A DNA stretch of 63,523 nucleotides, filler included, from Reclinomonas americana ATCC 50394 (lineage: Eukaryota), in the NCBI GenBank assembly GCA_048213135.1. It is 4 parts of 2 records of this genome, joined end to end, with 100 filler letters (N's around TTAATTAATTAA, not from the genome) between each part and the next. Parts side by side here need not be neighbours in the genome. Positions count along the whole stretch, not along the records: positions 39,419 to 59,021 come from PS015169.1; 3 more parts are not named here. One strand, 5' to 3'. Every line of letters begins with the position of its first letter. Within the stretch, counting starts at the first letter, position 1. The notes beneath the pieces were generated by a model. The model ran no database searches and was not told where the DNA came from. It saw only the letters and a program-made list of their open reading frames with translations. Position numbers and translations under genes: made by a program. Shown one piece after another: positions 42,849 through 56,900 of this stretch.

Positions 42849-44515
42849 TCATGCATACGAGCCAAGCTCCATCGACATGAGACTCTGCTCGTTCTTGTCG
42901 TTGCATCTGCGCGGCAGAGAGAGAGAGCACAAGCAGCAACAGTGCGTGGTCAGCAATCTCACCCACTGCACGTGATTGCCAGAAAAACTGACGACGCAAC
43001 GGCCACAAGTCGTCCTTGGGACACTCGTGTGGCTTGAACGATTCGCCCTGCAGCAAACGTGAGTGTGTGCGCCACCCAGTGCAGGTCAAGCGCGTGTGTG
43101 CGTCGACGCAACTCCGAAATTAATGGGCTCCAACAGCTCGGAGAAGCAGGCGGGATAGTCGGGCGACGTCTCTAATCTCAGTGTGCTGGCCCGCCCCGTG
43201 TGCAACAGCAAATTGTACTTGAAGGCGAACGGCCGACGACCGCGAGTCTCCGAGCGGCTGCGCTCGGTCTCGCCCAAGAACCACTCGACCAGCAAGTGAT
43301 CTGGTGGCCGACGGGCCCACCCCTCGCGGAAGTACGACGCCAGCACCGCCACATCGCTGAAATGCACGAGTGCGCCGTTCAGGCCGAATGACACGCGAAT
43401 CGCCGACCATTGCTCGCCGCGCCGCTCCTCGGCCTTGTCGGTGATGTAGAGCAGTGTGCGTAGAGAGTGCGGGCAAAAGTTCATGTCGTCCTCGGCCAGC
43501 ATAAAGTACTGCGCGCCGCCGTCGTACCTGCCAATAAACATGTGAGGAAGAAGAAGAGGCGGTGACCACAGCATCCATGAAAAGCAACTTGGCCACCGAC
43601 TCCAGCAGCATCACCACATCGCGTGTCTGCTCCATCACCCGCGAACTGGGCACATTGGGGCTGCCTCGCGTGTCGGGAAACGGTTGCAGTTGTCCCTTGG
43701 AGCGCGGCTCATTGTCGCGAAAGGCAAAGTGCGCGGCCAGCATCGGGTTGCTGAGGAACTCGCGCTTGAGGTTCTCATACACCGGATGCTGACCGGGGCG
43801 ATTGTTGAAGATGACGAAAAGCACCTTGCCGAACAGCGGGTGCGTCGGATGCCGCGGCAACTCGCGTGCAATCGATCGCAGAGTGCCGGTGAGGTAGTCC
43901 TCGCGCGCGCGTGGAATCGTGGGAATGCCGACCACCAGCCATCGCTTCTGCCGATCGTCCATGCTGGCCGCCAGTGAGCTCGTCGCCGCGGGAATGTTCG
44001 GGCACGGTGGTGGCTCCGGGCAGTCTGCAAGATCGTCATCATTACAAGCAACTGTCTTCTAACCTCGATAACACGAGCAACGCACCCTCCAGCACCTCCA
44101 CCACCACATCCTTTGTCGACGAAGACGATGCAGCCGCAGCAGCAGCCGCAGCCGCCGCAGCTGCAGCAGCTGCTGCAGCAGTGGCCGAGGGCGACGCAAC
44201 TGCACCGACCTCGCGACACACCGCCCGCAATCGATCGACATCCTCGCGCAACGCATCCAGCTCAGTGGAGAACTCCTGCACCGCCTTTTGCGTCTCCTCC
44301 GCCTCCGCATGCCGCTGCTCCCGCAACTCGGCACACGCGGTCGCTGCTTCCCCCTCATCCTCCTTGGCTACGGTGTCCTTTTCGCCCACGTGCACCACAT
44401 GCGCCTGTCGCGGTGTCGACGTGTACACCCACACAACGAGCACAAGGAAGACACCGGTCAGCGCCAACGCCACCTGTCGCACAGCAGGCGACGACACTGA
44501 CGACGTTGGCGCCAT
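42849..44515 (-). CDS. Type II membrane glycosyltransferase, MGAT4/GT54-like
   Basis: N-terminal TM, coiled stem, WLVVGIPTIPRAREDYLTGTLRSI, QTRDVVMLL, YFMLAEDD, IRVSFGLNG, PPDHLL, HTGRAST. Confidence 0.8.
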
Positions 44516-44567
44516 CCACGCGTCACACTGAGACAGGCTGTCCTCCCAGTGTCCCCTTTGTGTGGAG

Positions 44568-46728
44568 ATGTGGTCGTTCCTTGGCAGTGTCTTGTGCTAC
44601 TTGCTGTACGCGCTGGTGGCGGCTGTGCTTGTGCAGTGCTCAGTGGCACTCTATCGCATGTTTGTGGCGCCTCGAGAGTACCGCGGCAAGCATGTGTTTA
44701 TCACTGGAGGATCCACGTTGCGTCGACTCTGTGTCTCTCTGTGTGCATGTTGCTCTGTGCTCATTGTGTGTGATGCAGTGGCATTGGACTGAGCATTGCG
44801 CACAAGTTTGCCCGTCGCGGAGCGAATGTGGTGGTGTGTTCGCGCACAGAGAGCAAGCTGCGAGCGGCTGTCGACGAGCTGGAGAAGAAGGCGCGTCTCT
44901 CTCTCTCACACACGCACTCTCATTATTAGCTGTGTGACTCCTTCAAGTNNNNNNNNNNNNNNNNNNNNNNNNNNNNNNNNNNNNNNNNNNNNNNNNNNNN
45001 NNNNNNNNNNNNNNNNNNNNNNNNNNNNNNNNNNNNNNNNNNNNNNNNNNNNNNNNNNNNNNNNNNNNNNNNNNNNNNNNNNNNNNNNNNNNNNNNNNNN
45101 NNNNNNNNNNNNNNNNNNNNNNNNNNNNNNNNNNNNNNNNNNNNNNNNNNNNNNNNNNNNNNNNNNNNNNNNNNNNNNNNNNNNNNNNNNNNNNNNNNNN
45201 NNNNNNNNNNNNNNNNNNNNNNNNNNNNNNNNNNNNNNNNNNNNNNNNNNNNNNNNNNNNNNNNNNNNNNNNNNNNNNNNNNNNNNNNNNNNNNNNNNNN
45301 NNNNNNNNNNNNNNNNNNNNNNNNNNNNNNNNNNNNNNNNNNNNNNNNNNNNNNNNNNNNNNNNNNNNNNNNNNNNNNNNNNNNNNNNNNNNNNNNNNNN
45401 NNNNNNNNNNNNNNNNNNNNNNNNNNNNNNNNNNNNNNNNNNNNNNNNNNNNNNNNNNNNNNNNNNNNNNNNNNNNNNNNNNNNNNNNNNNNNNNNNNNN
45501 NNNNNNNNNNNNNNNNNNNNNNNNNNNNNNNNNNNNNNNNNNNNNNNNNNNNNNNNNNNNNNNNNNNNNNNNNNNNNNNNNNNNNNNNNNNNNNNNNNNN
45601 NNNNNNNNNNNNNNNNNNNNNNNNNNNNNCGCACCGCAAACTTGGCCGGCGAGTACGTCGAGTAGCCGACAAAGGTCATGAACGCCGCCGCCGACGACAC
45701 CATGATGATTTCTCCGGCACGCTTCTCGTCGACCTTGCATGCACCACAGTGAGATGACCATCATCGGCAACCCCTTTTTGCGCACCAGAAGAGAGAGAGA
45801 GCACACCATCATCTTGGCGGCGATCTTGACGGGGTACAGAGTTCCAAAGTAGTCCAACTGAATGGCGCGCTCAAACAGCGCCAGATCCTGCTCCACAAAG
45901 TAGCCAGGCGTGGAGGCACCAGCGCACGCCACCAGCACATCAATCGGGCCCAACTGCGCCGCACTCTGCTCCATCACACGCGCCACATCCGCACGCGACG
46001 TCACATCGCACACGAAATGCTGGAAACGCTGCGAGGAATCCACACGCGACTACGCAATGCACNNNNNNNNNNNNNNNNNNNNNNNNNNNNNNNNNNNNNN
46101 NNNNNNNNNNNNNNNNNNNNNNNNNNNNNNNNNNNNNNNNNNNNNNNNNNNNNNNNNNNNNNNNNNNNNNNNNNNNNNNNNNNNNNNNNNNNNNNNNNNN
46201 NNNNNNNNNNNNNNNNNNNNNNNNNNNNNNNNNNNNNNNNNNNNNNNNNNNNNNNNNNNNNNNNNNNNNNNNNNNNNNNNNNNNNNNNNNNNNNNNNNNN
46301 NNNNNNNNNNNNNNNNNNNTGGTCTGGCGGAGACGCTGCGCAATGAGCTGCTGCCGCACAACATTCGTGTGCATCTGCTGTGCCCGTGCGACACGGACAC
46401 GCCGGGCTTTGCGGAGGAGAATCGCACCAAGCCGGTGGAGTGTGTGGAGATTAGCAAGCAGGGTTCGGTGGTGTCGGCCGATGCCATTGGCGCCGGTCTC
46501 ATGGCCGGTCTCGACCGCGGCGACTTCTTCATTGGCGGCGACTTTGGCTCGCAGGTGCTCTTTGCGCTCGGCAACGGTGCCGCCAACCCGCGCTCCGGAT
46601 TCGGGCTGCTGGAGGTTTTGCTGCTGCCGCTGCTGGCGGTGGCCGGCTGGTTCGTGCGCCACACCAACGACACGATCGTGAAGAAGTTCTTCAAGAAGCC
46701 ACAGGCGGCACCGCGCGCTCGCAAGTAG
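44568..46728 (+). CDS. KDSR: 3-ketodihydrosphingosine reductase (SDR family); middle exons at 45630-46062 are mis-oriented in the assembly
   Basis: N-terminal TM, HVFITGGSTGIG, VSSAAAFMTFVGYSTYSPAKFAVRGLAETLRNEL, CDTDTPGFAEENRTKP. Confidence 0.88.
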
Positions 46729-46826
46729 ACCCCTCCTAATTTGAATGAAATCTGTGCTCCCCTTCTTTGGAGAAAAATACGAGTTGTCCTTCACAACACA
46801 GAGAACCGCTCTCCCACGCCGTGCGG

Positions 46827-47980
46827 TCAGTCGCGCATGGCAACGTCGCCGTCGCCACCACCGGCCAGCGCCTCGTGAATCGCCGTGTCCATCTTGACCA
46901 CGCACTGTGTGGTCTCGCGCCCGTCCTTGTTCGCCGACTGTCGCACCTCTGTGCAACAACAACCACGTGAGGGGACGTCAGCGAAACATGAAATGCACTG
47001 CCGTGCCACGACGCACCAAGGGCAAAATCATCCTGCGTGTCCATGGGCTTGATGGCGGCAATGCCCTCCTTGACGAGGAACGACAGCTGGAACATGCGTT
47101 CGACGGCCTCGGGGAACGAGTGGCCCTGCAGAATGTCGTGCCGCACGGTGAGTGATCGCTGGTGCGACAACGCGTCCAGCTCCTTGCGCATCCTCGTGAC
47201 ACGCAGAGTGGTGGGATCCGCCGTCTCCTTGGCGGAGGCGGCCGACGGATCCACTTGCGAGATCTTGGTCACCGGAGCATCGCGCAACGCTCGTCGCTCC
47301 GTGTGCTTGCGCTCCTTTAGCGGATTCTCAATCGAGCCGTACCTACGCGCGCGCAGAGAGAGAGAGAGAGAGCATGGGCACCCGCGCAGCGCCTGTCCCT
47401 CCGAGACACACACACACACACACACACGCAACAGGAACTCGATGCGTGGTACTGTGGGATACAGATGGCACACCGACTGGCCGAGAGTCATCCACGAGAT
47501 GCCGGCGGCCTCCGGGTCATCGCCCGTACGCTTGTACTCTCGCGCAAACTGCTGGCACACCTCGCCCGCGTCAATCGCATCGGGATCCGTGCGCAAGTGC
47601 TTGGCCTGGTGCACACCAGCCGACGAGATCTTCTTGATCCACGCCGAGTCTTGCGCCGCCTCTCGCGGGTGACTCACTGTGCATGCGCGCAAGAGATGAT
47701 CAACACGGCGAGTCACACAGAGACAGATGCGCGCATGAGGAACCTTGCTGGAAGATCTTGTCGCCCTGTTTCAACAGATCCGACGCCTTCTCATTGCCAG
47801 GCAAACGCAGTGCCTCCTTTGCATCTGATACGCGTCATTGTTGTTGTTGTCAGTGTGTTACAAAAGTGTCACACACACACGCACACACAAGCACGCACCA
47901 TCCGTTCTCTTGGTGAGTGCCTCGTACTCCTTGCGCGTCTTCAAGCGCAGTGCAAGCTGCTGTGTCTCTTCGGCGTCCAT
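46827..47980 (-). CDS. NSE4: Smc5/6 kleisin subunit Nse4/EID3-like
   Basis: RKEYEAL, VSHPREAAQDS, EFLYGSI, SFPEAVERMFQLSFLVKEG, QCVVKMD. Confidence 0.75.
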
Positions 47981-48116
47981 GTGCGAGGCAAACCCACGTA
48001 TGAATGTTAAGGTGCGCGGGAATGACGTCACGCTCTGTCCATGGTCCACTGTCCCTCATTACATCGCAGCTCTCTCTCGCGCCGACACTTGCCTCTCCCT
48101 CTGCATCTCTTTGTGC

Positions 48117-48147
<31 letters not shown>

Positions 48148-48199
48148 CACCTTGCGCCTCTGCGTGTGTGGTTTTGTGTGTGTGTGTGTGTCTGGCGAG

Positions 48200-49544
48200 A
48201 TGGCCACCGAGGAGCAAGTGTTTGTGAACGCGCTGCAGCTGCGTCGCGATCAGCGCAACGCCATATTAGCGCGCACCGATGAGTTTGTCAAGGCTGCAGT
48301 CGAGTTCCTGGGCGACGCGGAAAACGTTGCGCGAGGGGCGGAGAGAAGCGATGCCCGGTTCGGTCCTCTCTCACTTGCTCACCTCTCTTCCCTCCTTTGT
48401 GTGTGTGTGTGTGTGTGTGTGTGTGATGCATCAGGTTGCCGAGGTGCGCAGCGCATATCGCGATGCGGTGGGTGCATATCATCAGCAGTTGGCGTTGCAT
48501 CGGCAGCGCGAAGTGCACGACGATCGACTGACGCGCGCGGCGTTGCGGACGGCGCCGGAGGAGCGCTCGGCATCGGAGCGCATCTTTGTGGCCACGCACC
48601 AGCGACACGCAGAGTGGCGCGAGTTGCTGGCGAACAAGGAGCGTGAACTGGAGGAGCGACAGGAGACGACGCCGTATCAGCGGCTGACGGTGGAGGAGCG
48701 CGATGCGGTGCGCCGGTTAGGCGAGTGGCGGCTGGAGGAGCGTAAGCGGGAGGATAGGCGGGTGGCCGACACGAGATTGCGACAGAGATTGATTGGTGGT
48801 GGTCCCGGATCGTACACGATGAGTACCGGAAACAGTGGTGCTGGTTCGACGCAAATGTGGACCGCGTCGTCGCCCATGCAGTCCGGTGTCTATGTACCAC
48901 CACCACTGCCGCCACCGCCACCGCTTTCGTTGGGCATGTCGGCGACCGCTGTCACCAGCACGACGCCGCAGGCGGCGGCCGGTATTACTCCGCGCCGTGC
49001 CGCTTCGGTGTCGCACATTCAGCGATTACAGTCGGACCCGGGTTTCTCTGGTCACGATGCCATGAACGGGCACGGATCGCTACAGCTGACGCCCCATCAG
49101 CAACAACAACACTATCAACACTACCAGCAACAGCACCAGCACCAGCAGCAGCTGCAGCAGCCGCAGGGTGCCTCTGTCGATCCTCTCCGGTTGCGATGTG
49201 TGGCCGAGACGTTTAGCACGCGGTTACCGTCGGCCGACTACTCACGGTTGCAGCTGTTGTTGGAAAAGGTGCGTCGACTTTCTCCGCACTCTCCCTTCCT
49301 TCCTCTCACACCATTTTTTGTCACGCAGGGTGTTATTGGCGACGTGTTGGACATGTACCTGCGTGGTGAGGCCCCACCAGCAATACAAGCGCCGCCATCC
49401 AAGGGATCCGCGGCCATGGCAGCCATGGCCAACGGGTCCTCGTCATCGTCGTCGTCATCATCGTCATCTGCACAACGCGGCGCGTGGAATGGTGTGACGC
49501 ACCAGCCGGCCTCCAAGACGCTCACCGACCACTTCTTTCGCTGA
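48200..49544 (+). CDS. Hypothetical protein (coiled-coil N-terminus, Pro/Gln/Ser-rich C-terminus), 2 introns
   Basis: ATG at 48200. Introns 48326-48434 and 49269-49329 give a continuous ORF. Confidence 0.7.
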
Positions 49545-49670
49545 CAGCAGAGTTGGAGATGCCTCAATTTAGTGACACGCTGTATGTGTATCCGTCCACG
49601 AGGGATAGCTGCTGGGATGGATGTCGCTTGCCCACCCATAAAACAAACGGCGACAGATTTTCACTCATGC

Positions 49671-50580
49671 TCATCGCCGCCGTTCGGTGCTGGGCGTGCG
49701 CTTGGGGCCCTGCAAGACGTGATCGAGCAACGCGTCAAAAGGCAGCGGACTTCGATCAGCCGTTGTGATCACCGTCGGTGCTGCTGACTCGGGCGAGATG
49801 ATTGTCGTCGTCGGCGGCGGCGGCGGCGACAGTGGTGGCTTGCGACTGGCCGGTAACCGCACCGGCGACTTGTGTTGCTGCTGCTGCTGCTGCTGCTTGT
49901 GCTCCAACACATGCTTGATCGACGCCAGCACGCGTCGTTCCACCTCTGGCGACAGCGGTGCACCCACCGCCGCGGTCGCACGCAACGGTGTCGACGAGGG
50001 CGACAAGAATGCCTGCCGCGATCGCCGTGGCGTGTGCGACAGCTGCTGCATCAGTGCCAGCAGCACACGCTCTTGCTGCTCCAGCAGTGCACGCCACTTG
50101 TGCGATGACGACGACGACGACAGCTCAGTCGCCGCCAGCTCGCGGTTCAGTCGCCACGCTTCGCGCGCGAAATCTGAAGGCACACCACCATTATCTGCTG
50201 TCGCCAAGTCGCCACCTCCACTGCCGTTGCCGCCATAGTCGTCGCTGTACAGTAAACTGTCGTCGAAGAGGCGTGACTCGTCTCCCACACTCATCTCGCC
50301 CAACGCGCGAAAATCAATCCCGCNNNNNNNNNNNNNNNNNNNNNNNNNNNNNNNNNNNNNNNNNNNNNNNNNNNNNNNNNNNNNNNNNTCAAAACCAGCC
50401 ACCAATCTTGTTCGAATGTGACTTGCCTCTTTGCTTGCTGTGGTCCACACTGGTCCGCACGGAAGCCAGCAACGCGATAGGACTTTGAACGATTGGGGAG
50501 GGGGCCGTGCTGCCGCATCGATGAGTCGTGAGATCGATTCACCTCACTCCAAGCCGGCACCGTTTCAACCGATCGATCGA
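49671..50580 (-). CDS. Hypothetical low-complexity protein (start unresolved)
   Basis: Long GC-rich ORF with poly-Q/poly-P runs, interrupted by a gap. Confidence 0.5.
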
Positions 50581-50913
50581 CCTGCAGACCATATGCATGC
50601 ATGCAGCGTCGAGTCAGCATGGGCAACTGTCGACACGGTTCATTCGATCGTTGTTGTGTGCTTGCGTGTACGCCGAAGTCGTTGTGGACCGTGCAGAGTC
50701 GAGAACATCACCAGGTCGACATGCAGTTCAAGAGTCGACGTCGACGTCGACCACCACATCGGGGTACAGCGCTAGCTGTTCCCCGATTGCCAGAGCTGGA
50801 GAGTACCCTGTACCCCGACCTTTCCCGGTCGACTGTACCCCGTACCCCGAGGGCAAAAAAGTGCTGTACCCCCGTACCCCACGTCCCGCGCACCCCCCTC
50901 CCGCGTCCAACCA

Positions 50914-53900
50914 ATGAACACCGACGACGGAATGCTGCCTCTGGTGGCGGAGCAGCAGCAGCCGCGGGATCCGCTCGCCGCTGAGCAGCCGCCAAATGAA
51001 CCAGAGAATCATCCGTTGCTGTTGCAGCCAGTGGAGGGACTGCTCCGCACGCAGGTTCGGAGAGAGCAAAAGGACGATCTCTCTCGCCACTGTGTTCACA
51101 ATCCTCTCCTGTGTGTGCGTGGGCAGATCTGGAGGCTGATTCACACGGCCGCTGGCGCAGTGGGCGGGTCCACGTCACGGGCGGCGTTTGCGTCGCGTCG
51201 CTTTGAGACTTCTGTGCGCATTTGCATCGTTGTTGATCATCAATCATCCTGCTGCTGCTCATTTGTGTCGAGCAGGTCTCGCTGCTGAAGGGTCTCCCGC
51301 AGCGCCGCATCTCGCAGGCGGTCAGTCAGTGGTGGTTCAACTCCTCCAAGGGCATGGTGTACGTTGAGTAGCGTGTGCGAGTGCACAGATCGCTCACCCC
51401 GAATTGCATAGCTCATCTCAGTTGGTGCGCAGGATTGGTTGTACCTGACGACTGTGGCGTTGTCGGTGGTGTTGTACGTGTACTGCACGTACAACACCGA
51501 TTCGTTGACGTTGCGTGCGAGCGTTTGGTGGTCACATGGGTGACGGGGTGTGTGCTGACAGAGTGGAATGGGCCAGATCATTGTGGCTGAGAATCTTGGA
51601 GTTGTACATTGCGACAGTGTTTGTGGCCGACTTTGTGTTGCATGCACTCATCGCGCGTCGCTTGTGCGTGGCGTGCTCCCGCTAGTTATCAATGTGCACG
51701 TTGCATTCATCGCCTTTGTGCAGGCGACTGTTCCTGCTGAGCGTTACCGGCATTGGGGATTTCATCACTCTGTGGCCAGTGTTGCGTCGTAACTCGTTTA
51801 TTGTTGCGTGGGGTGACAGTGTCCAATGCGTGTGTGTGCTGACGGCACAGGGTGCTGGTGTGGGCAACCGATGTGAGCGGCGTTTGGGGTCTGCTGTGGC
51901 GACTGACCAGCGTCCCGCGGATTGTGCGATTCTCTCGCCTGCAGCGAGTGTTCCACAGAAGAGGCCTGGATATCGAGAGCTGTTGCGTCTTCCTGATTCT
52001 TCGGGGGCGACCACGTCTATAGTATCGCCCACTGACGGGCACTTCTCGACACGCAGCCATCGCTCTGCAGGTGCAAGTGCTGGCCTTCACCGTCGTCTGC
52101 ATTCTCTTCATTGCTGCTGGTGCCTTTCAGGCCGGTTCGTTTGGGGGATTGTGTGTGTATGTCTCCAGCTTCCTCCTGTGCTGCTTACGCGAATACGACT
52201 GGCAGTGGAGATTTTCTGGGACGGCATTATAGTCACATTTCTACAAGCGGTGTACTTTACTGTCGTGACCATCGCCACGGTCGGCTACGGCGACATCTCA
52301 CCGCAGGTTCCTCTTTTGCCCATCGTCTCCGTGTAGTAGTGGTGGTGCTTGTCGACTCATGTGTGCATCGCTGGCGGCAGACCAATGTCGGGCGCGTCCT
52401 CGTGATTCTGTTCCTCCTGACCGTCATCATCATCATTCCGCTGGAGACGAACCGCTTGTTTTCCATCATCTCCGAGACCAATCGTTGCGTGCCACGACCA
52501 AATCAAATTATCTGCTTTCACTTTTGTGTGATTGACTGAGAGACGCGAATACAGGTTACCGCCGCAAAGCGGTAATTCGGCGCGGTCATCAGCATGTATT
52601 GGTCACGGGGGATATCGGTACCGCCAACATTGTGCGCTTCACACGCGAGTTCTTCCACTCGGCACACGGCACACAGCGCCTGCAATTGGTATTCCTCGCT
52701 ACTGTGAATCCGTCGACGGAAACAGAAGTTGTTGCGTGTGCGCGTGCGATTGCTTTCGTCGTCTCTCACGTTGCACGAGTTAACTGAGCTGTTGGGTTCT
52801 TGGCTAGCTTTTCTTCACGCATCCGCACGGAAACCTGATGCAGTACGTGCTGGGATCTGCTGTCTCGCCTGTCGATCTACGTCGCAGTGCAACAGCAGAC
52901 GCGGTAGCGGCATTCGTGTTTGTGGATCGACTGTCACCGAGGCTCGCCGACAGTGATGCGATGAACTTTCTCCGCGTCGCCGCCATTCGCAGCACCAACG
53001 ACATTTGCCCCATATTTGCGCAAGTGACCTTGCCGCAAAACAGGGTGCGCATGAGAGCGGGAGATTTTTGTTCTCCCGCACTCCTGTACTCATGTGTTTG
53101 TCGCAGAAACACCTGTTGGCGGCAGGCGCCACTCAAGTCGTGTGCATCAACAGTCTCAAAATGGTTCCTTCAAACGCCACCGATGTGTATTTATTGCGAT
53201 GCTTACTCGTGCTCCTTCATCCTGCAGAGCATTCTTGCTCGTAGCTGCCTGTGCCCGGGCTTTTGTGCATTCGTCAGCAATCTGATGAAATTCGACACCC
53301 CATTCAGCCACTTGGACGGCGACAGCTGGGAGGAGGAGTATGGTTGCGTGTTGTTCGCTCACTGTCGCTGCCGTATTGTCATCCCCTCATGCTGCCGGTG
53401 CTGTCACACAGCGCACGGCTACGCTCATGAGATTTACACGACTTCATGGCCGAAATCCATGCACGGAGTCAGCTACGGCGATGCAGCGTCGGTGCGTCAT
53501 CCTTGTGTAATCTGCACATTCATTCGTGCGTGATTGCGCACTGACTGCGACTCTTTGACGACAGTACCTTTACGCCAAGTACGCTGCCATTCTCCTGGCA
53601 GTCACCGGCAGCATTCGCGACCCGCAGAAGAATTATGTTGCCTACGTGCGTCGACAACGAAGCGCACCACTTGCCACCACACAGGCCATGAGCATCTCAC
53701 TCATTCTTTGCATGTAGCGCACAATGGTGGCACCGCCTTCTACTCTCGTGTTGGAAGCCGGTTATAGATGCACGCTGATTGCTGCAGATGCGTCAGTCGC
53801 GCTGAGCATCGCGTTCGACACCCACTTTGAATCCGTGAAGGGGAATCATCGCCGTGCCTCTCTCACCCTGAACCGTACACCACCAGGTGCGTGTCGAGAC

Positions 53901-56900
53901 GAGTACCCATCCCCCTGTGTGATCGTTCACTCATCACGTGCATGCGCACAGTTTCCTCTGAGTCGACCCTGTCTCGGGAGAGTCGTGGTGGTTCTTTCGT
54001 TCTACCCCCGGCACCGGTCACTCGCTCGCTGCAAGATGACCCAGAGCTGCTTCTGGCTGTTCGGTCATCTGAGCACCACGTTGCTGGTTTGCAGCATGTT
54101 TTCCTTGCTTCTTTCGCTTTCTCTTGCGCACTGACTTTCCTCTGCCGTAGCGGTGGAAAAGGAGCAGATTCGCAGGTCGGCCGAGTATTTGAACGAGGCG
54201 GCCAAGCTCAGCGTACCGTTGCGTCACTCGACGGCTGCATTATGCTTCCGTGCACTTCTCACCACTCCTGGGAAACAGCGTGCATCTTCTTGCTGCTCGC
54301 TATGCGCTCTTGCCACGCATTCGGTCTCTGAAGGAAAGTGTGGTGGAATTCATGCCGCTGGAGATGATGGATCATATTCTGGTGCGTGTTTTTTGAGGGT
54401 GAACGATGGTGTTGAGTGGTAGACTGACTGTGCCCAGTTGTGCGGTCCGCTCGCCAACGTGGTCCACTTTGTGCTACCACTGCGGTCATTCACCCTCGGT
54501 TCTTTGGACGCACTCGTCGACATTGTTGTGCTCACTCCGCACCTTCCAACTGGTTCGCCTCTGAGCATCCTTTCGTGTGCGTAGCCTGTTGCTCACCGTC
54601 GCCACGCGTCCTGCAGCTGACGAGTGGGCGCCTCTGTCGGTGCTTCCCAAGTTGCATGTGGTGGTGGGCGATCCGCGCGGTGAGTGGCACTGCGTACTTG
54701 GCTTGCGCACTGCCTGTTAATCTCCTTTTTTCCTGTCGTTAGAACGCACGGATTTGCAGCGATGCAACGCGAGAGTGGCCAAGTCGATTGTTGTTGCGTC
54801 ACTCTGCCAAGTAGTGGTGAAGAAGAGCGCATTTGGCGATCTCCTCCTTCTCACCGCCGAGTGCATGCACAGATTTTGACGAGCACGCACTTATCGGGAG
54901 ACTCATCGTCTGTGTTGGAAGCCGGTGTCGATGATCACGACACCATCTTGACGCAGCTGCAGCTGGTTCAGTCGTACTCGCTCGAGAAGTTTGTGCTGGC
55001 CGACATTGGTGCGAACCGAGTAAGACAAGTCGTGACGTGTGTGTGTGTATATTTCTGTTTCTCACGGGGTTTTTACTTGCAGGTCATGTTTCCAGTCTGA
55101 AGTTCTTGAGACCAACCGTGCACGTCACAGTGGAAAAAGCGAATGCTGCTTTGCCGTTGCGTTTGCCTTGCGCCTGCTGCTCACGAATACTGTGATCTGC
55201 TTCATAACGTCGGTCGACAGTTTCGGCAAAGCCCAGAACAAGGTGCTGCCGGTGCTGGCCGCCGGTAGAGCCTACGTGAGCGACACCCTTGACAATCTCA
55301 TGTGCATGGTCAGTGTTTTCCGCTGATCCATGTCACTCTCAGTGCTGTCTCATGGTCTTCGTTGCAGTCGTTCTACACGCCGTCGGTGCTGCCGCTCATC
55401 GAACACATGGCCGGTCTCGTAGACGCCTGTATCCACGACTTCTCCATCCCCCAGGGCAACATGTACAGTTTCCCGTGTCCTGAGGGGCTCGTTGTTGCGT
55501 CGCAATGTTGCGGCATTGTGTTGCGTGGGGTCTGACTGACTTCTTCTTGGCGAACAGGGCCGGTCATTCCGCGACGTGTTCGATACCATGATGCAGGTGT
55601 ACGGCATCCTCGTCGTTGCGTTGTATCGACGAAAGGACGGATGCCAACTGCCGTACGTCTTCACTTGCCCGCCGAAGAATACCGTTGCGATTCAGCATGA
55701 GTGTGTGCGCACACGGCGGTTGATATGTTGGACTCACGTGTCACCGCTCTGCTCTTGGCATGCAGGTTGTACACCAGCAAGATCACCTAATGGTCCTGTC
55801 GCGACTTCCACCATCCGCACTCGACTTGTCGCTTGTGGACGGTAACGCAGGCTGTGGTGACCCAGGCGCGCCATTTGTCCGCCGGTGTGCAAGTGTACGC
55901 GATGTGGCTGCGTCGCCAGCTACACGCCTACTTCGACGGCGTCACACGGACAAGATGTTTGCCGGTCTAGAATACGTGAGTGATGACACAGCGTTGCGGG
56001 AAAGTGGTGCGTCTGCTTCCCGCTGTGCGACTCCGGTGCGAGCATCTGGTGGACAGCAGCAACGGTTTGCAAACGTTGTTTTGTACGGAGAGACTGTGGA
56101 AGGACTCATCATTCACCCCTTATATTCGTGTAGGCAATCGGGCACGCAGTCGTCCCAGTCGACGCCAAGTCACGCCCACGCACGGCGGACCATGTCCGAC
56201 ACGGATGTGAGCGAGCGCCCCTCCACGCCATCAATGGCGTCCAGAGCAAGCGCGGTCGGGCCTCCTCCTCTCAGCAGCGTAACATCGCCGACCAAGTCAA
56301 TGGAGACGACGGCGCCGATACTAATGCCGGCACTGCATCGATCGCGGGATGTGTTGATTGGTGGCGGTGCCAGCGGCCACACTGTGCGTGTCCGGCGGCC
56401 CCTCGGTGCTCCAGTTCCGTTATTTTCCCGGCTCTTCACGCTGCGTATAACGTGCTCACCTTCTCTGTGACGACAGCTGCACGGCGCAGCGATGACGTCT
56501 GCCCTCGAGGAAGCCGATGATTGTGGCTGTGGATCTGGCCATGTGGAAGTACCCCTGCCGCATGACCCGGCGTACGAGACGTGGCTGGGTGTGGTCTCTC
56601 CGACAAAAGGCGACGGCTGTGCGTCTGCGGCGGCGGACGAGGCGGAGACAGTGCCGAAGCGGGCGCCCAGCCCGCTGCAGCTACCGCGTACCGAGTCACT
56701 GCCTGCGTCTTCACCGGTGCTCTTTTCGACCCCGCACAGCTCGCCCCTTCTTGCGAGAAGGCGCCAGAGTCGCGCTCTGGCCGCCGACGGCTCATCGTCA
56801 TCGCCACCGTCGACACCGGAAGTAGTTACAACTCCTGCCGCCAGTGGCGCTGATGCAACTACTCCACGCTTTGTAGTGGTGCACGTCGAAGACTTCGATA

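Noticed and set aside
45630-46062. KDSR middle exons on the opposite strand (scrambled gene or trans-splicing?)
   Set aside because: The segment is bounded by gaps on both sides, and its end (KFAVR) joins exactly to GLAETLR at 46320. A mis-oriented contig is the simplest explanation.
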